From: Opitutus sp. GAS368
GTDB taxonomy: Bacteria; Verrucomicrobiota; Verrucomicrobiia; Opitutales; Opitutaceae
Assembly: GCA_945861645.1 (NCBI GenBank)
Contig: CAMAVZ010000054.1
Location: forward strand, 1 to 11,698
Reading direction: 5' to 3'
DNA: 11,698 bases
Positions 1 through 7,658 of this stretch are shown in pieces. A program made the position numbers and the translations under genes. Positions within the stretch are counted from its first letter, which is position 1. Every line of letters begins with the position of its first letter. Under the pieces are notes generated by a model. That model saw only the letters and a program-made list of their open reading frames with translations, searched no databases and had not been told where the DNA came from.

Positions 1-17
1 TTTTTGTAAATCCACGC

Positions 18-389
18 ATGCACGATCACCCTTACGCTTTCCTCGCCTTATTTCTCGGGGTCGCGATTGCCTTCCCCTTGATCATGCTCGGAGTGGCGGG
101 ACTCTGGGTTAAATGTTTTCAGCCGGCGAAGCCGGGCGTACTAAAAAATGCCACCTATGAATGCGGCCTGGAAGCTACCGGCGACTCGTGGATCCAGTTC
201 AAGGCGCACTATTACCTCTACGCCATTCTCTTTCTAATTTTTGACGTCGAAGTGCTGTTCCTCCTCCCCTTTGCGGTCGCCTTCACGAGTTTGTCGGCGG
301 GCGCCCTCTTTGCGATGTTGGTCTTTATCCTCTTGCTCGCCGAGGGCCTGGTGTGGTCTTGGCAGCGTGGTTATCTCGCTTGGAAATGA
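18..389 (+). CDS. nuoA: NADH-quinone oxidoreductase subunit A (123 aa)
   Basis: Three hydrophobic segments; loop motif TYECG; TM2 motif [15 protein letters not shown]-terminal WQRGYLAW. Confidence 0.96.
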   Translation: MHDHPYAFLALFLGVAIAFPLIMLGVAGLWVKCFQPAKPGVLKNATYECGLEATGDSWIQFKAHYYLYAILFLIFDVEVLFLLPFAVAFTSLSAGALFAMLVFILLLAEGLVWSWQRGYLAWK

Positions 390-1048
390 GTGATCCCGTG
401 ACATCACCCACCCCCTTCCCCGCCGCCGGCAACATCTCTGATGCCGAACGTGAAGATCTTCGCCGGCATGGGATTTTAATGACGAGTCTTGAGGAACTCC
501 ATAACTGGGGCCGCAGTAACTCGATCTGGCCGCTCCAATTTGGCCTCGCCTGCTGCGCCATCGAGATGATCGCCGCCGCCACCGCACGTTTTGATATCGC
601 CCGTTTTGGCGCAGAGATTTTCCGCCCCTCGCCTCGCCAAGCCGATCTCATGATTGTGTCGGGCACGGTCACCAAAAAAATGGCGCCGCAAGTGATCCGC
701 CTCTGGAACCAGATGCCAGAACCCAAATACTGCATCGCGATGGGGGCTTGCGCGATTTCCGGGGGACCGTTCAAACAAGGTTATAACGTCCTCAAGGGCA
801 TCGATCGTTTTATTCCCGTCGATATCTACATTCCCGGCTGCCCGCCACGCCCCGAGGCACTGCTCAACGGTCTCATCCAGCTCCAAAAACAAATCAAGGC
901 GGAGCAACTTACCGGACCAAACGCCGCCCGCTTCACTCGGCCGGAGGAGCCCAGCGAATTCCCCATCCCCGCCTACGGAGCCCACGATCTCGTGCCGACA
1001 AAAAATGACGCCCTCTGGGCGCCGCCGATCCCAGAGAGCAAAGTTTAA
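386..1048 (+). CDS. nuoB: NADH-quinone oxidoreductase subunit B, cluster N2 subunit (220 aa)
   Basis: [10 protein letters not shown] tandem cysteines, [36 protein letters not shown]. Start placed at ATG 386 (ATGA overlap with the nuoA stop) rather than the ORF-track start at 353. Confidence 0.96.
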   Translation: MSDPVTSPTPFPAAGNISDAEREDLRRHGILMTSLEELHNWGRSNSIWPLQFGLACCAIEMIAAATARFDIARFGAEIFRPSPRQADLMIVSGTVTKKMAPQVIRLWNQMPEPKYCIAMGACAISGGPFKQGYNVLKGIDRFIPVDIYIPGCPPRPEALLNGLIQLQKQIKAEQLTGPNAARFTRPEEPSEFPIPAYGAHDLVPTKNDALWAPPIPESKV

Positions 1049-1051
1049 GTC

Positions 1052-1717
1052 ATGGAGCCGCTCGAACAAATCCGCGACCGCCTTCTCCTGGCTTACCCCG
1101 CCGCTCAGATCACCTTCGTCACTAATCCGGGCCCGGCCGCGGAGCACTCCTTGCTCATCGAGGCAACCCACGCAGTCGAAATCGCCCGCTGGCTACGCGA
1201 TGATACCGCGCTCCACTTAGATTATTGCTCGAACGCCACCGGCGTGGACTGGCCGGATAAAACCATCACAGATGTCGCCACGACCACCGAGCCCGATCCC
1301 GCCGGCGGCCCGGCCAAGACGGTTGAAACTAAGACCACGCGCCTGCAACCGGGTTACCTCGAAGCCATCTATCACCTTTACTCCATCGCGTTAAAACAAG
1401 GGCCCGTCGTGATTCGACTGCGCACCGCCAATCGCACCGATGCGGTCAGCCTCCCTTCGCTCACCCCGATTTGGCGCTCCTGTGATTTCCAGGAACGGGA
1501 AATTTTTGACCTCTACGGGATTATTTTTTCGGGCCACCCTGATCTGCGCCGCTTGTTGATGTGGGATGAATTCAAAGATCACCCGATGCGCAAAGATTAC
1601 GTCGAGCCCGACGATTATGAATGGGAGCCCACGGCTCACGGTGCCGTGTTAGAGCGAGCGAAGCCTCATCAATCGGCGGCCGCCGCCCCTGCGCCAAAAA
1701 CGGGAGGAACGCCATGA
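1052..1717 (+). CDS. nuoC: NADH-quinone oxidoreductase subunit C (221 aa), with an internal Thr-rich insertion
   Basis: GVDW...EAIYHLYS, SLTPIW, EREIFDLYGIIFSGHPDLRRLLM, HPMRKDY signature motifs. Confidence 0.95.
   Translation: MEPLEQIRDRLLLAYPAAQITFVTNPGPAAEHSLLIEATHAVEIARWLRDDTALHLDYCSNATGVDWPDKTITDVATTTEPDPAGGPAKTVETKTTRLQPGYLEAIYHLYSIALKQGPVVIRLRTANRTDAVSLPSLTPIWRSCDFQEREIFDLYGIIFSGHPDLRRLLMWDEFKDHPMRKDYVEPDDYEWEPTAHGAVLERAKPHQSAAAAPAPKTGGTP
1702..1708 (+). promoter_or_regulatory. Shine-Dalgarno site for nuoD
   Basis: GGGAGGA ending 5 nt before ATG 1714. Confidence 0.7.
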
Positions 1718-2895
1718 ACCCTTTCACGCCAAGCGCGCCGGCGCCGTTTGCCTCTGCGCCCGGCCCCACAGTACGGGCCGTTCATGATGAATTTCACGGC
1801 GACCTCCTCGAGGTCTCCATGGGGCCCCAGCATCCTTCGACCCACGGCGTTTTCCGCATGGTGGCAACGCTGGATGGCGAACAGCTCGTTAAACTTAAAC
1901 CGGTGTTCGGTTACCTGCACCGCAACCACGAGAAGATCGCCGAGAACACCACGTACCTCGGGTCGATGCCGTACACAGATCGCCTCGACTACCTGTGTTC
2001 CATGTCGACCAATTGGGCTTACGCCCTCGCGGTGGAAAAACTTGCCGGCCAGGCCGTGCCCGAGCGCGCCCAGTATCTGCGCATTATTATGGCCGAGCTC
2101 ACGCGGCTCGTGAATCACTCGTGCCTCGTCGGCTTTCTCTTCAACGATCTTGGCACTTCGTTCACGCCGCTGCTCTATGCCTTCCGCGAGCGCGAAAAAA
2201 TTATCGATTTGTTCGAGTCCCTCAGCGGTTCGCGCATGATGTGCAATTATCAGCGCTTCGGCGGCTGCCGCGTCGATCCTACCCCCGAGTGGCTCGCCGC
2301 TGCCCAGCAGCTCGTTGATAATTTTCCCCGTTTTCTGGATGAGTATGAACGCATGCTCACCGGCAATGAAATCATGCTGGCCCGCACGCAAGGCGTCGGC
2401 CGCCTCGATGCCACCCATGCGATCAATGCCGGCATCACCGGCCCCGTGCTGCGCGCCAGCGGCGTCGATTACGACCTGCGCAAAGTCGATGCCTACGGTT
2501 TTTATGCCCAATTTGATTTCCGCGTCCCCCTCGGCGCACACGGCGATACCTATGATCGCTACATGATGCGGATTCTGGAAATGCGTGAGTCCGTAAAAAT
2601 TCTGCAACAAGCTTTAAAGCGGCTTCCCGCCGGCCCGATCATGGACCCCAAGGCTAAACTCCGCAGCTTTCGCCCCAAAGCCGGCGAAGCCTACGGGCGG
2701 CTCGAAGGCCCGAAGGGCGAACTCGGCTTTTTCCTGATCAGCGATGGCTCACCGAATCCCTATCGATACCGCGTCCGCCCCCCGTCGCTGATTAATCTCA
2801 CCTTGCTCGAGGAAATGTGCCTCGGCCACACCATCGCCGATGCCGTCGTCATCCTCGGCAGTATCGACATCGTCCTCGGCGAAGTAGACCGCTAA
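1714..2895 (+). CDS. nuoD: NADH-quinone oxidoreductase subunit D, quinone-binding subunit (393 aa)
   Basis: MGPQHPSTHGVFR, GYLHR, DRLDY, AELTRL, GPVLRASGVDYDLRK, EGPKGELG, C-terminal DIVLGEVDR; no Ni-binding CxxC pairs. Start at 1714 supported by the SD site and ATGA overlap with nuoC. Confidence 0.96.
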   Translation: MNPFTPSAPAPFASAPGPTVRAVHDEFHGDLLEVSMGPQHPSTHGVFRMVATLDGEQLVKLKPVFGYLHRNHEKIAENTTYLGSMPYTDRLDYLCSMSTNWAYALAVEKLAGQAVPERAQYLRIIMAELTRLVNHSCLVGFLFNDLGTSFTPLLYAFREREKIIDLFESLSGSRMMCNYQRFGGCRVDPTPEWLAAAQQLVDNFPRFLDEYERMLTGNEIMLARTQGVGRLDATHAINAGITGPVLRASGVDYDLRKVDAYGFYAQFDFRVPLGAHGDTYDRYMMRILEMRESVKILQQALKRLPAGPIMDPKAKLRSFRPKAGEAYGRLEGPKGELGFFLISDGSPNPYRYRVRPPSLINLTLLEEMCLGHTIADAVVILGSIDIVLGEVDR

Positions 2896-2902
2896 ACTAC
2901 CC

Positions 2903-3517
2903 ATGCTCGGCTCCGGTATCATCAATGGTCTCATCGTCACGGCGAAAAACTTCGCCGGGAGCTACCACGATCCTGAGCGCATGGTGACGGTGGAGTACCC
3001 AGAGCAAAAGACGGTCCTGCCTGAAAATTATCGCAACTTCCCTTTTCTCGTCACCGAGAATGCGACCGATCCCATGGGTACCCTGCGGTGCGTCGCTTGC
3101 CAGATCTGCGAAAAAGAATGCCCACCGCAGTGCATCATCATCGAGAAGAGCAAAGACAAGAAGCCTGATGCCACCGGCAAACTCCAGCTCTACCCCGCGA
3201 TCTTTGGCATCGATACTTCCGTCTGCATGAGCTGCCAAATCTGCGTCGAGGTTTGTCCCTTCGATGCGATCAAAATGGATAAAGTCTTCGAGATCGCGAC
3301 GACTGATCGCTTTCAGGATCTCTTCCTCGATCGTGAACGCTTGGCGAAGCCCAATAGCTATTATCACGAGATCCATCCGGTGGAGGCCGCGGAGGTCGAT
3401 GGCCGCCTGCTAGCCGAGCGCAAAGCCGCCGAAGAAAAAGCGAAAGCGGCCGCGGCGGCCAAAGCGGCGGCCGCCGCCGCTAAACCGGTGGTCACCCCGC
3501 CGCCGGCCACCCCATGA
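2903..3517 (+). CDS. nuoI: NADH-quinone oxidoreductase subunit I, 2x[4Fe-4S] (204 aa), with Ala/Lys/Pro-rich tail
   Basis: TVEYPEQK followed by two ferredoxin motifs, CVACQICEKECP and CMSCQICVEVCPFDAI. Confidence 0.94.
   Translation: MLGSGIINGLIVTAKNFAGSYHDPERMVTVEYPEQKTVLPENYRNFPFLVTENATDPMGTLRCVACQICEKECPPQCIIIEKSKDKKPDATGKLQLYPAIFGIDTSVCMSCQICVEVCPFDAIKMDKVFEIATTDRFQDLFLDRERLAKPNSYYHEIHPVEAAEVDGRLLAERKAAEEKAKAAAAAKAAAAAAKPVVTPPPATP
3413..3514 (+). repeat. Low-complexity coding tract encoding AERKAAEEKAKAAAAAKAAAAAAKPVVTPPPATP
   Basis: Imperfect reiteration of AAA-(GCN)n codons at the end of nuoI. Confidence 0.6.
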
Positions 3518-4743
3518 GCGCCGCCGCACTCACTGACTCATTCCTGGAACGAGCGCCTTTGGAATTGCGCGACTGGGTTGTCAATTTTCTGCCCGCGCCG
3601 CTGCAATGGTTGGGCCATCATCTGATCACGATCATCGCCGTGCTCGCCGTCTTCGGGACCTTCTTTGCCTTCACGACGATTGCCGAACGCAAGCTCTTGG
3701 CTCGCCTGCAAAATCGCCTCGGCCCGAATCGCTCCGGCCTGCCCTGGATTAAAGGGCTCACCCTCTTTGGACTCAGCCAGCCTTTTGCTGATGCCATTAA
3801 AACTCTCACGAAAGAAGACATCGTGCCCGCTGCTGCAGATAAGTGCCTGCACTTTCTAGCGCCAGTGATCGTGGTCGCCTTCTCGTTAATGACGTTTGCC
3901 GTGCTGCCTTTTGGGCGTCACCTCATCCCCGTCGAACTTGATGCCGCGCTGCTTTATTTCTTCGCCGCCGGCGCTGCTACGGAGCTCGCCATCTTTATGG
4001 CGGGCTGGTCGAGCCGGAATAAATACTCCCTGCTCGCCGCCATGCGGGCCTTGGCTCAGCTCATTAGCTATGAGCTGCCCCTCATCCTCTCGGTTGTGCC
4101 CATCGTCCTCGTGACGAGCACCCTCTCGACCCAAGGCATCGTCCTCGCGCAAGGCGGCTGGACCTTTGGTTTTCTCCCGCACTGGTTTGTCTTCACGCCT
4201 TGGGGCTGCCCAGGTTTTATTATCTTTCTTGTCGCCGCCTTAGCGGAATCAAATCGTTCCCCCTTTGATTTGCCCGAAGCAGAAAGCGAACTCATCGCGG
4301 GGCACCTGACGGAATATTCTGGATTTAAATACGCCCTGTTCTTCATGGCAGAATATTTTGGCCTCACGGCCCTCAGCGGCTTGGGCGTAACGCTCTTTCT
4401 GGGCGGCTGGCAGACCCCGATCGCCGCGCTGCAATTTATTCCTTCGTACGCTTGGTTCATGCTGAAATTAATCGGCATGCTGGTCTTCTTTATCTGGATT
4501 CGCGGCACCTTGCTCCGCCTGCGGATCGATCAACTGACCCGGCTAGCTTGGCAATTTCTGGTGCCGCTGGCGCTGCTCAATGTCGGCAATGCGGCCTTTT
4601 GGATTCTCACGGCATCCTGGGGTGGCCCACTGCAACTGATTCGCTGGGCCGTTTCTTTAGCGATCATTGTCATCCCTTTCATTCTGCTCGGCCGCACGCT
4701 CACGGCCGGCTACGCCCCGCGCACCTATCGCTACGCCCCATGA
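3514..4743 (+). CDS. nuoH: NADH-quinone oxidoreductase subunit H (409 aa)
   Basis: ERKLLARLQNRLGPNR, QPFADAIKTLTKED, NKYSLL, QLISYE, AESNRSPFDLPEAESELIAG, EYSG, FFMAEY, RIDQL; ATGA overlap with nuoI. Confidence 0.96.
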   Translation: MSAAALTDSFLERAPLELRDWVVNFLPAPLQWLGHHLITIIAVLAVFGTFFAFTTIAERKLLARLQNRLGPNRSGLPWIKGLTLFGLSQPFADAIKTLTKEDIVPAAADKCLHFLAPVIVVAFSLMTFAVLPFGRHLIPVELDAALLYFFAAGAATELAIFMAGWSSRNKYSLLAAMRALAQLISYELPLILSVVPIVLVTSTLSTQGIVLAQGGWTFGFLPHWFVFTPWGCPGFIIFLVAALAESNRSPFDLPEAESELIAGHLTEYSGFKYALFFMAEYFGLTALSGLGVTLFLGGWQTPIAALQFIPSYAWFMLKLIGMLVFFIWIRGTLLRLRIDQLTRLAWQFLVPLALLNVGNAAFWILTASWGGPLQLIRWAVSLAIIVIPFILLGRTLTAGYAPRTYRYAP

Positions 4744-4787
4744 ACAGGGATTCATCAAAAATCGGCACCCGATTAATCACTTCGTGA
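4740..4787 (+). other. Candidate 15-aa bridging mini-ORF ([15 protein letters not shown]) between nuoH and nuoJ
   Basis: ATG 4740 overlaps the nuoH TGA (ATGA); its TGA at 4785-4787 overlaps the proposed nuoJ GTG start (GTGA). Translation is not demonstrated. Confidence 0.35.
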
Positions 4788-5302
4788 CCTTCGCCTTAAT
4801 CAGCATCGCGATCATTATGCTCGGCTCAGCGGCCGCCGCGATGCTGCTGCGCAATTTGATTCATAGCGCGCTGCTCCTGATTTTAAGTTGGGCCAGCGTC
4901 GCGGCATTCTACCTCTGGGCCGGCGCGGAGTTCGCCGCCTTCGCGCAAATCCTCGTCTATGTTGGCGCGATCTCGATGGTCGTATTATTCGCGGTTCTCC
5001 TGACCCGGCAAAATCAAGTCGCCGATGTAGTCATCGAACCCGCCTCGCGGCAGCGCGCGACCACCGCCCTGACCGTTGGCGCCTGCCTGGCCGGCATCTT
5101 GGCCGCCGCGGTCGTCGCTTCCCAATTCCCCGCCGCCGCTGTGACCGCCCCCGCCACGACGGTTAAATTAATTGGCCTCGAGTTAATGGAACGCCATGGG
5201 GGGGCGCTCCTGATTATCGGCGTAATTCTCACCGTCGCGCTCATCGGCGCGACCCTGCTCGCCGCGACTGAAGCCAAGCGCAACCCGGAGGATGCCCCAT
5301 GA
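4784..5302 (+). CDS. nuoJ: NADH-quinone oxidoreductase subunit J (172 aa)
   Basis: RNLIHSAL and [16 protein letters not shown] motifs; five hydrophobic segments. Start inferred at GTG 4784, where the first TM begins; the ORF-track start at 4667 lies inside nuoH. Confidence 0.92.
   Translation: MTFALISIAIIMLGSAAAAMLLRNLIHSALLLILSWASVAAFYLWAGAEFAAFAQILVYVGAISMVVLFAVLLTRQNQVADVVIEPASRQRATTALTVGACLAGILAAAVVASQFPAAAVTAPATTVKLIGLELMERHGGALLIIGVILTVALIGATLLAATEAKRNPEDAP
5287..5291 (+). promoter_or_regulatory. Shine-Dalgarno site for nuoK
   Basis: GGAGG ending 7 nt before ATG 5299. Confidence 0.65.
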
Positions 5303-5610
5303 CGCCACTCCACCTCTGCCTCCTGATTTCTTCGGGACTATTCTGTATTGGCCTCACTGGCGCGCTGGCCCGCAGCAATACGATTCTCGTCCTGCTCGGG
5401 ATCGAACTGATGCTGAACGCGGCTAATCTTAACTTTATTGCCTTCTGGCGCTTCGGGCCCGCCCCCAGCCCAGCGAATGGGATGATTTTTGTCCTCTTCG
5501 CGATCGCGGTAGCCGCAGCAGAAGCTGCTGTCGGTCTCGCCCTGATCATCGCGGTTTATCGTCATCAAAAAAACATCCGCCTGCAGGAAGCCAATACGCT
5601 CCGGGGGTAA
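5299..5610 (+). CDS. nuoK: NADH-quinone oxidoreductase subunit K (103 aa)
   Basis: [13 protein letters not shown] and [13 protein letters not shown] contain both conserved glutamates; C-terminal LRG. Confidence 0.96.
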   Translation: MTPLHLCLLISSGLFCIGLTGALARSNTILVLLGIELMLNAANLNFIAFWRFGPAPSPANGMIFVLFAIAVAAAEAAVGLALIIAVYRHQKNIRLQEANTLRG

Positions 5611-7658
5611 TGCCGCCAGCCGCCGCCATGATTTTTACCGCAAATCATCTCTGGCTCATCCCCACGCTACCGCTGCTCGCGGCGGGTCTGGGCGCGCTGG
5701 CTCCAAGCAAAGACCGCCGGCTCGCCGCTGGCAGTGCCATTGTAGCAATGGCGGTCTCGTTCATTCTGGCCTGCCTCGCCTTACAAAGCGCCTTACAAGC
5801 TCCCGCCACTCACGCGGTCGCCAACTTTGCTTGGTTTGATCTCGGCGCTAGCACGATGCGGTTGGGCTTTTTACTCGATCCCCTCACCGCCTTCATGTGC
5901 GTGATGGTAACTTTTGTGGGTTTGCTGATTTTTATCTTCAGCCTCGGTTACATGAAGGCCGACGCGAATTTCAAACAGTTCTTCTGTTTCCTCAGTCTCT
6001 TTGCTGCCGCCATGCTCGGCGTGTTAGTGGCCAACAGTCTGCTCTTGTTATTTATCTGCTGGGAGCTCGTCGGCCTCGCCTCGTACCTGCTCATCGGGTT
6101 CTGGTTTCATAAACCGTCCGCTGCCGCCGCCGCCAAGAAAGCTTTTATCACCACCCGCATCGGCGATCTCGGCCTACTGCTCGGTCTCTTGTGGTTATAT
6201 GATGCGACCGGCTCGCTGCTATTTTATGATGGCGGCCAGGGCGTCTTAGAAAACACCGCGCTCGCTGCGCTGGCCGGCCAAACCCTCGGCGGCGGTCTGG
6301 CTCTCTCCACCGCGATTGGCCTGCTGATTTTCTGCGGCGCCATTGGTAAATCGGGCCAATTTCCCCTCCATGTCTGGCTGCCTGATGCGATGGAAGGCCC
6401 GACTCCCGTCAGCGCGCTGATTCATGCCGCGACCATGGTAGCGGCCGGCGTCTTTCTGGTCGCCCGCGTTTATCCGTTAATGCAGATCGATGCCGCCCTC
6501 GCAGCCGTACCCGTCCATGCTTTAACCGTGGTCGCATTCATCGGCGCAATCACCGCCTTGCTGGGCGCCTTCATTGCTTGCGGACAAAACGACATCAAAC
6601 GCGTCCTCGCCTTTTCTACGGTCTCCCAACTCGGCTACATGATGCTCGCGCTGGGCGTGGGTTCGTGGACGGCCGCAATTTTTCACCTCCTGACTCATGC
6701 CTTTTTTAAGGCGCTGCTTTTCCTCGGCGCCGGCTCGGTCATCCATGCGGCCCACCACGAGCAAGATATTCGTTTGCTCGGCGGCCTCCGCCCCAAGATG
6801 AAGATCACCTTTGCCACGTTCGCCATCGGGATGATGGCGCTCTCGGGGGTGCCGTTTCTTTTTTCAGGATTTTGGAGCAAAGAAGCGATTCTCCACGCCG
6901 CGCATGCTTGGGATGTTTCCCACTTACCGCTCTACGCTAGTCTCGCCGCGGTCGTGCTAACCGCTTTCTACATGACTCGCTTAGTAGCGGAAACATTCTT
7001 GGGCCAACCGCGTTCTGCCGCAGCCGAACACGCGCATGAAAATTCGGCCGTCATGACGATTCCCCTGATCTTACTCGCGCTGGGCGCAATTGGCTTGGGC
7101 TTCCTCGGAACTCCCGCCTATCCGTGGCTCCAGGCGCGGCTCAGCGGGACCGAATTACACAGCAGCTTACATCATCTGGTGGAAGGGAGTGGCTTGATGC
7201 TTCTCTCTATCGGTTTGGTCGGCGTGGGCCTCGGACTTGGTTCGTGGCTGTACGGTCGCCAACTCCGGACTACGGCCGAAGCGCGCGATCCTTTAGTTGT
7301 GGCGGCTCCTCAGGTTATGGCTGCTTTAGCCAATCGGCTTGGCTTCGATGAATTCTACGCTGCCACCGTCGGTCGATTGAATCATTTTACCGCAACGCTC
7401 GCCCAAGGCATTGATCGTTGGGTTTTAGGCGGGCTGGTTAACTTTCTTGCCCAGCTCGGTGTTTTTTCTGGCACGGTGAATCAGCAACTTGACGAAGAGG
7501 GCCTCAATGGCGGCTTTGACCAGATCAGCGCGAGTGTTCGCGGCTCCGGCCAACGTTATGCTCAAGCGCAGACCGGCGAAGCTCATGGTTATCTGCGCGT
7601 CATGGCGGTGGCCTTCATTGTCCTCGCTCTCGTGTTAGTCTTAGGAGGTGCCCGATGA
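5610..7658 (+). CDS. nuoL: NADH-quinone oxidoreductase subunit L (682 aa), with extended lateral helix
   Basis: WELVG, KKAFITTRIGD, GKSGQFPLHVWLPDAMEGPTPVSALIHAATMV, DIKRVLAFST, HLLTHAFFKALLF, GFWSKEAI, FDEFY...QTG. TAATG overlap with nuoK; alternative start at ATG 5628. Confidence 0.96.
   Translation: MPPAAAMIFTANHLWLIPTLPLLAAGLGALAPSKDRRLAAGSAIVAMAVSFILACLALQSALQAPATHAVANFAWFDLGASTMRLGFLLDPLTAFMCVMVTFVGLLIFIFSLGYMKADANFKQFFCFLSLFAAAMLGVLVANSLLLLFICWELVGLASYLLIGFWFHKPSAAAAAKKAFITTRIGDLGLLLGLLWLYDATGSLLFYDGGQGVLENTALAALAGQTLGGGLALSTAIGLLIFCGAIGKSGQFPLHVWLPDAMEGPTPVSALIHAATMVAAGVFLVARVYPLMQIDAALAAVPVHALTVVAFIGAITALLGAFIACGQNDIKRVLAFSTVSQLGYMMLALGVGSWTAAIFHLLTHAFFKALLFLGAGSVIHAAHHEQDIRLLGGLRPKMKITFATFAIGMMALSGVPFLFSGFWSKEAILHAAHAWDVSHLPLYASLAAVVLTAFYMTRLVAETFLGQPRSAAAEHAHENSAVMTIPLILLALGAIGLGFLGTPAYPWLQARLSGTELHSSLHHLVEGSGLMLLSIGLVGVGLGLGSWLYGRQLRTTAEARDPLVVAAPQVMAALANRLGFDEFYAATVGRLNHFTATLAQGIDRWVLGGLVNFLAQLGVFSGTVNQQLDEEGLNGGFDQISASVRGSGQRYAQAQTGEAHGYLRVMAVAFIVLALVLVLGGAR
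7643..7649 (+). promoter_or_regulatory. Shine-Dalgarno site for nuoM1
   Basis: AGGAGGT ending 5 nt before ATG 7655. Confidence 0.75.

Noticed and set aside
1-17. Promoter or terminator upstream of nuoA (T-run at the window start)
   Set aside because: Only 17 nt are visible, too little to support any call.
1714-2895. Group 4 [NiFe]-hydrogenase (Ech/Hyc/Hyf/Mbh) large subunit
   Set aside because: No N- or C-terminal CxxC nickel ligands; the protein ends in DIVLGEVDR and has the quinone-site His and Tyr; the partner NuoB has the tandem CC motif; nuoA, J and K are present.
476-3376. Long antisense ORFs (476..1171, 1669..2610, 2897..3376) and other minus-strand or alternate-frame ORFs across the window
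   Set aside because: They lie on top of well-supported nuo genes, show no recognisable motifs, and are expected shadows of GC-rich coding sequence.
3464-3477. 14-bp perfect palindrome GCGGCGGCCGCCGC
   Set aside because: It arises from a run of Ala codons in the nuoI tail; there is no loop or U-tract and no sign of a terminator or operator.
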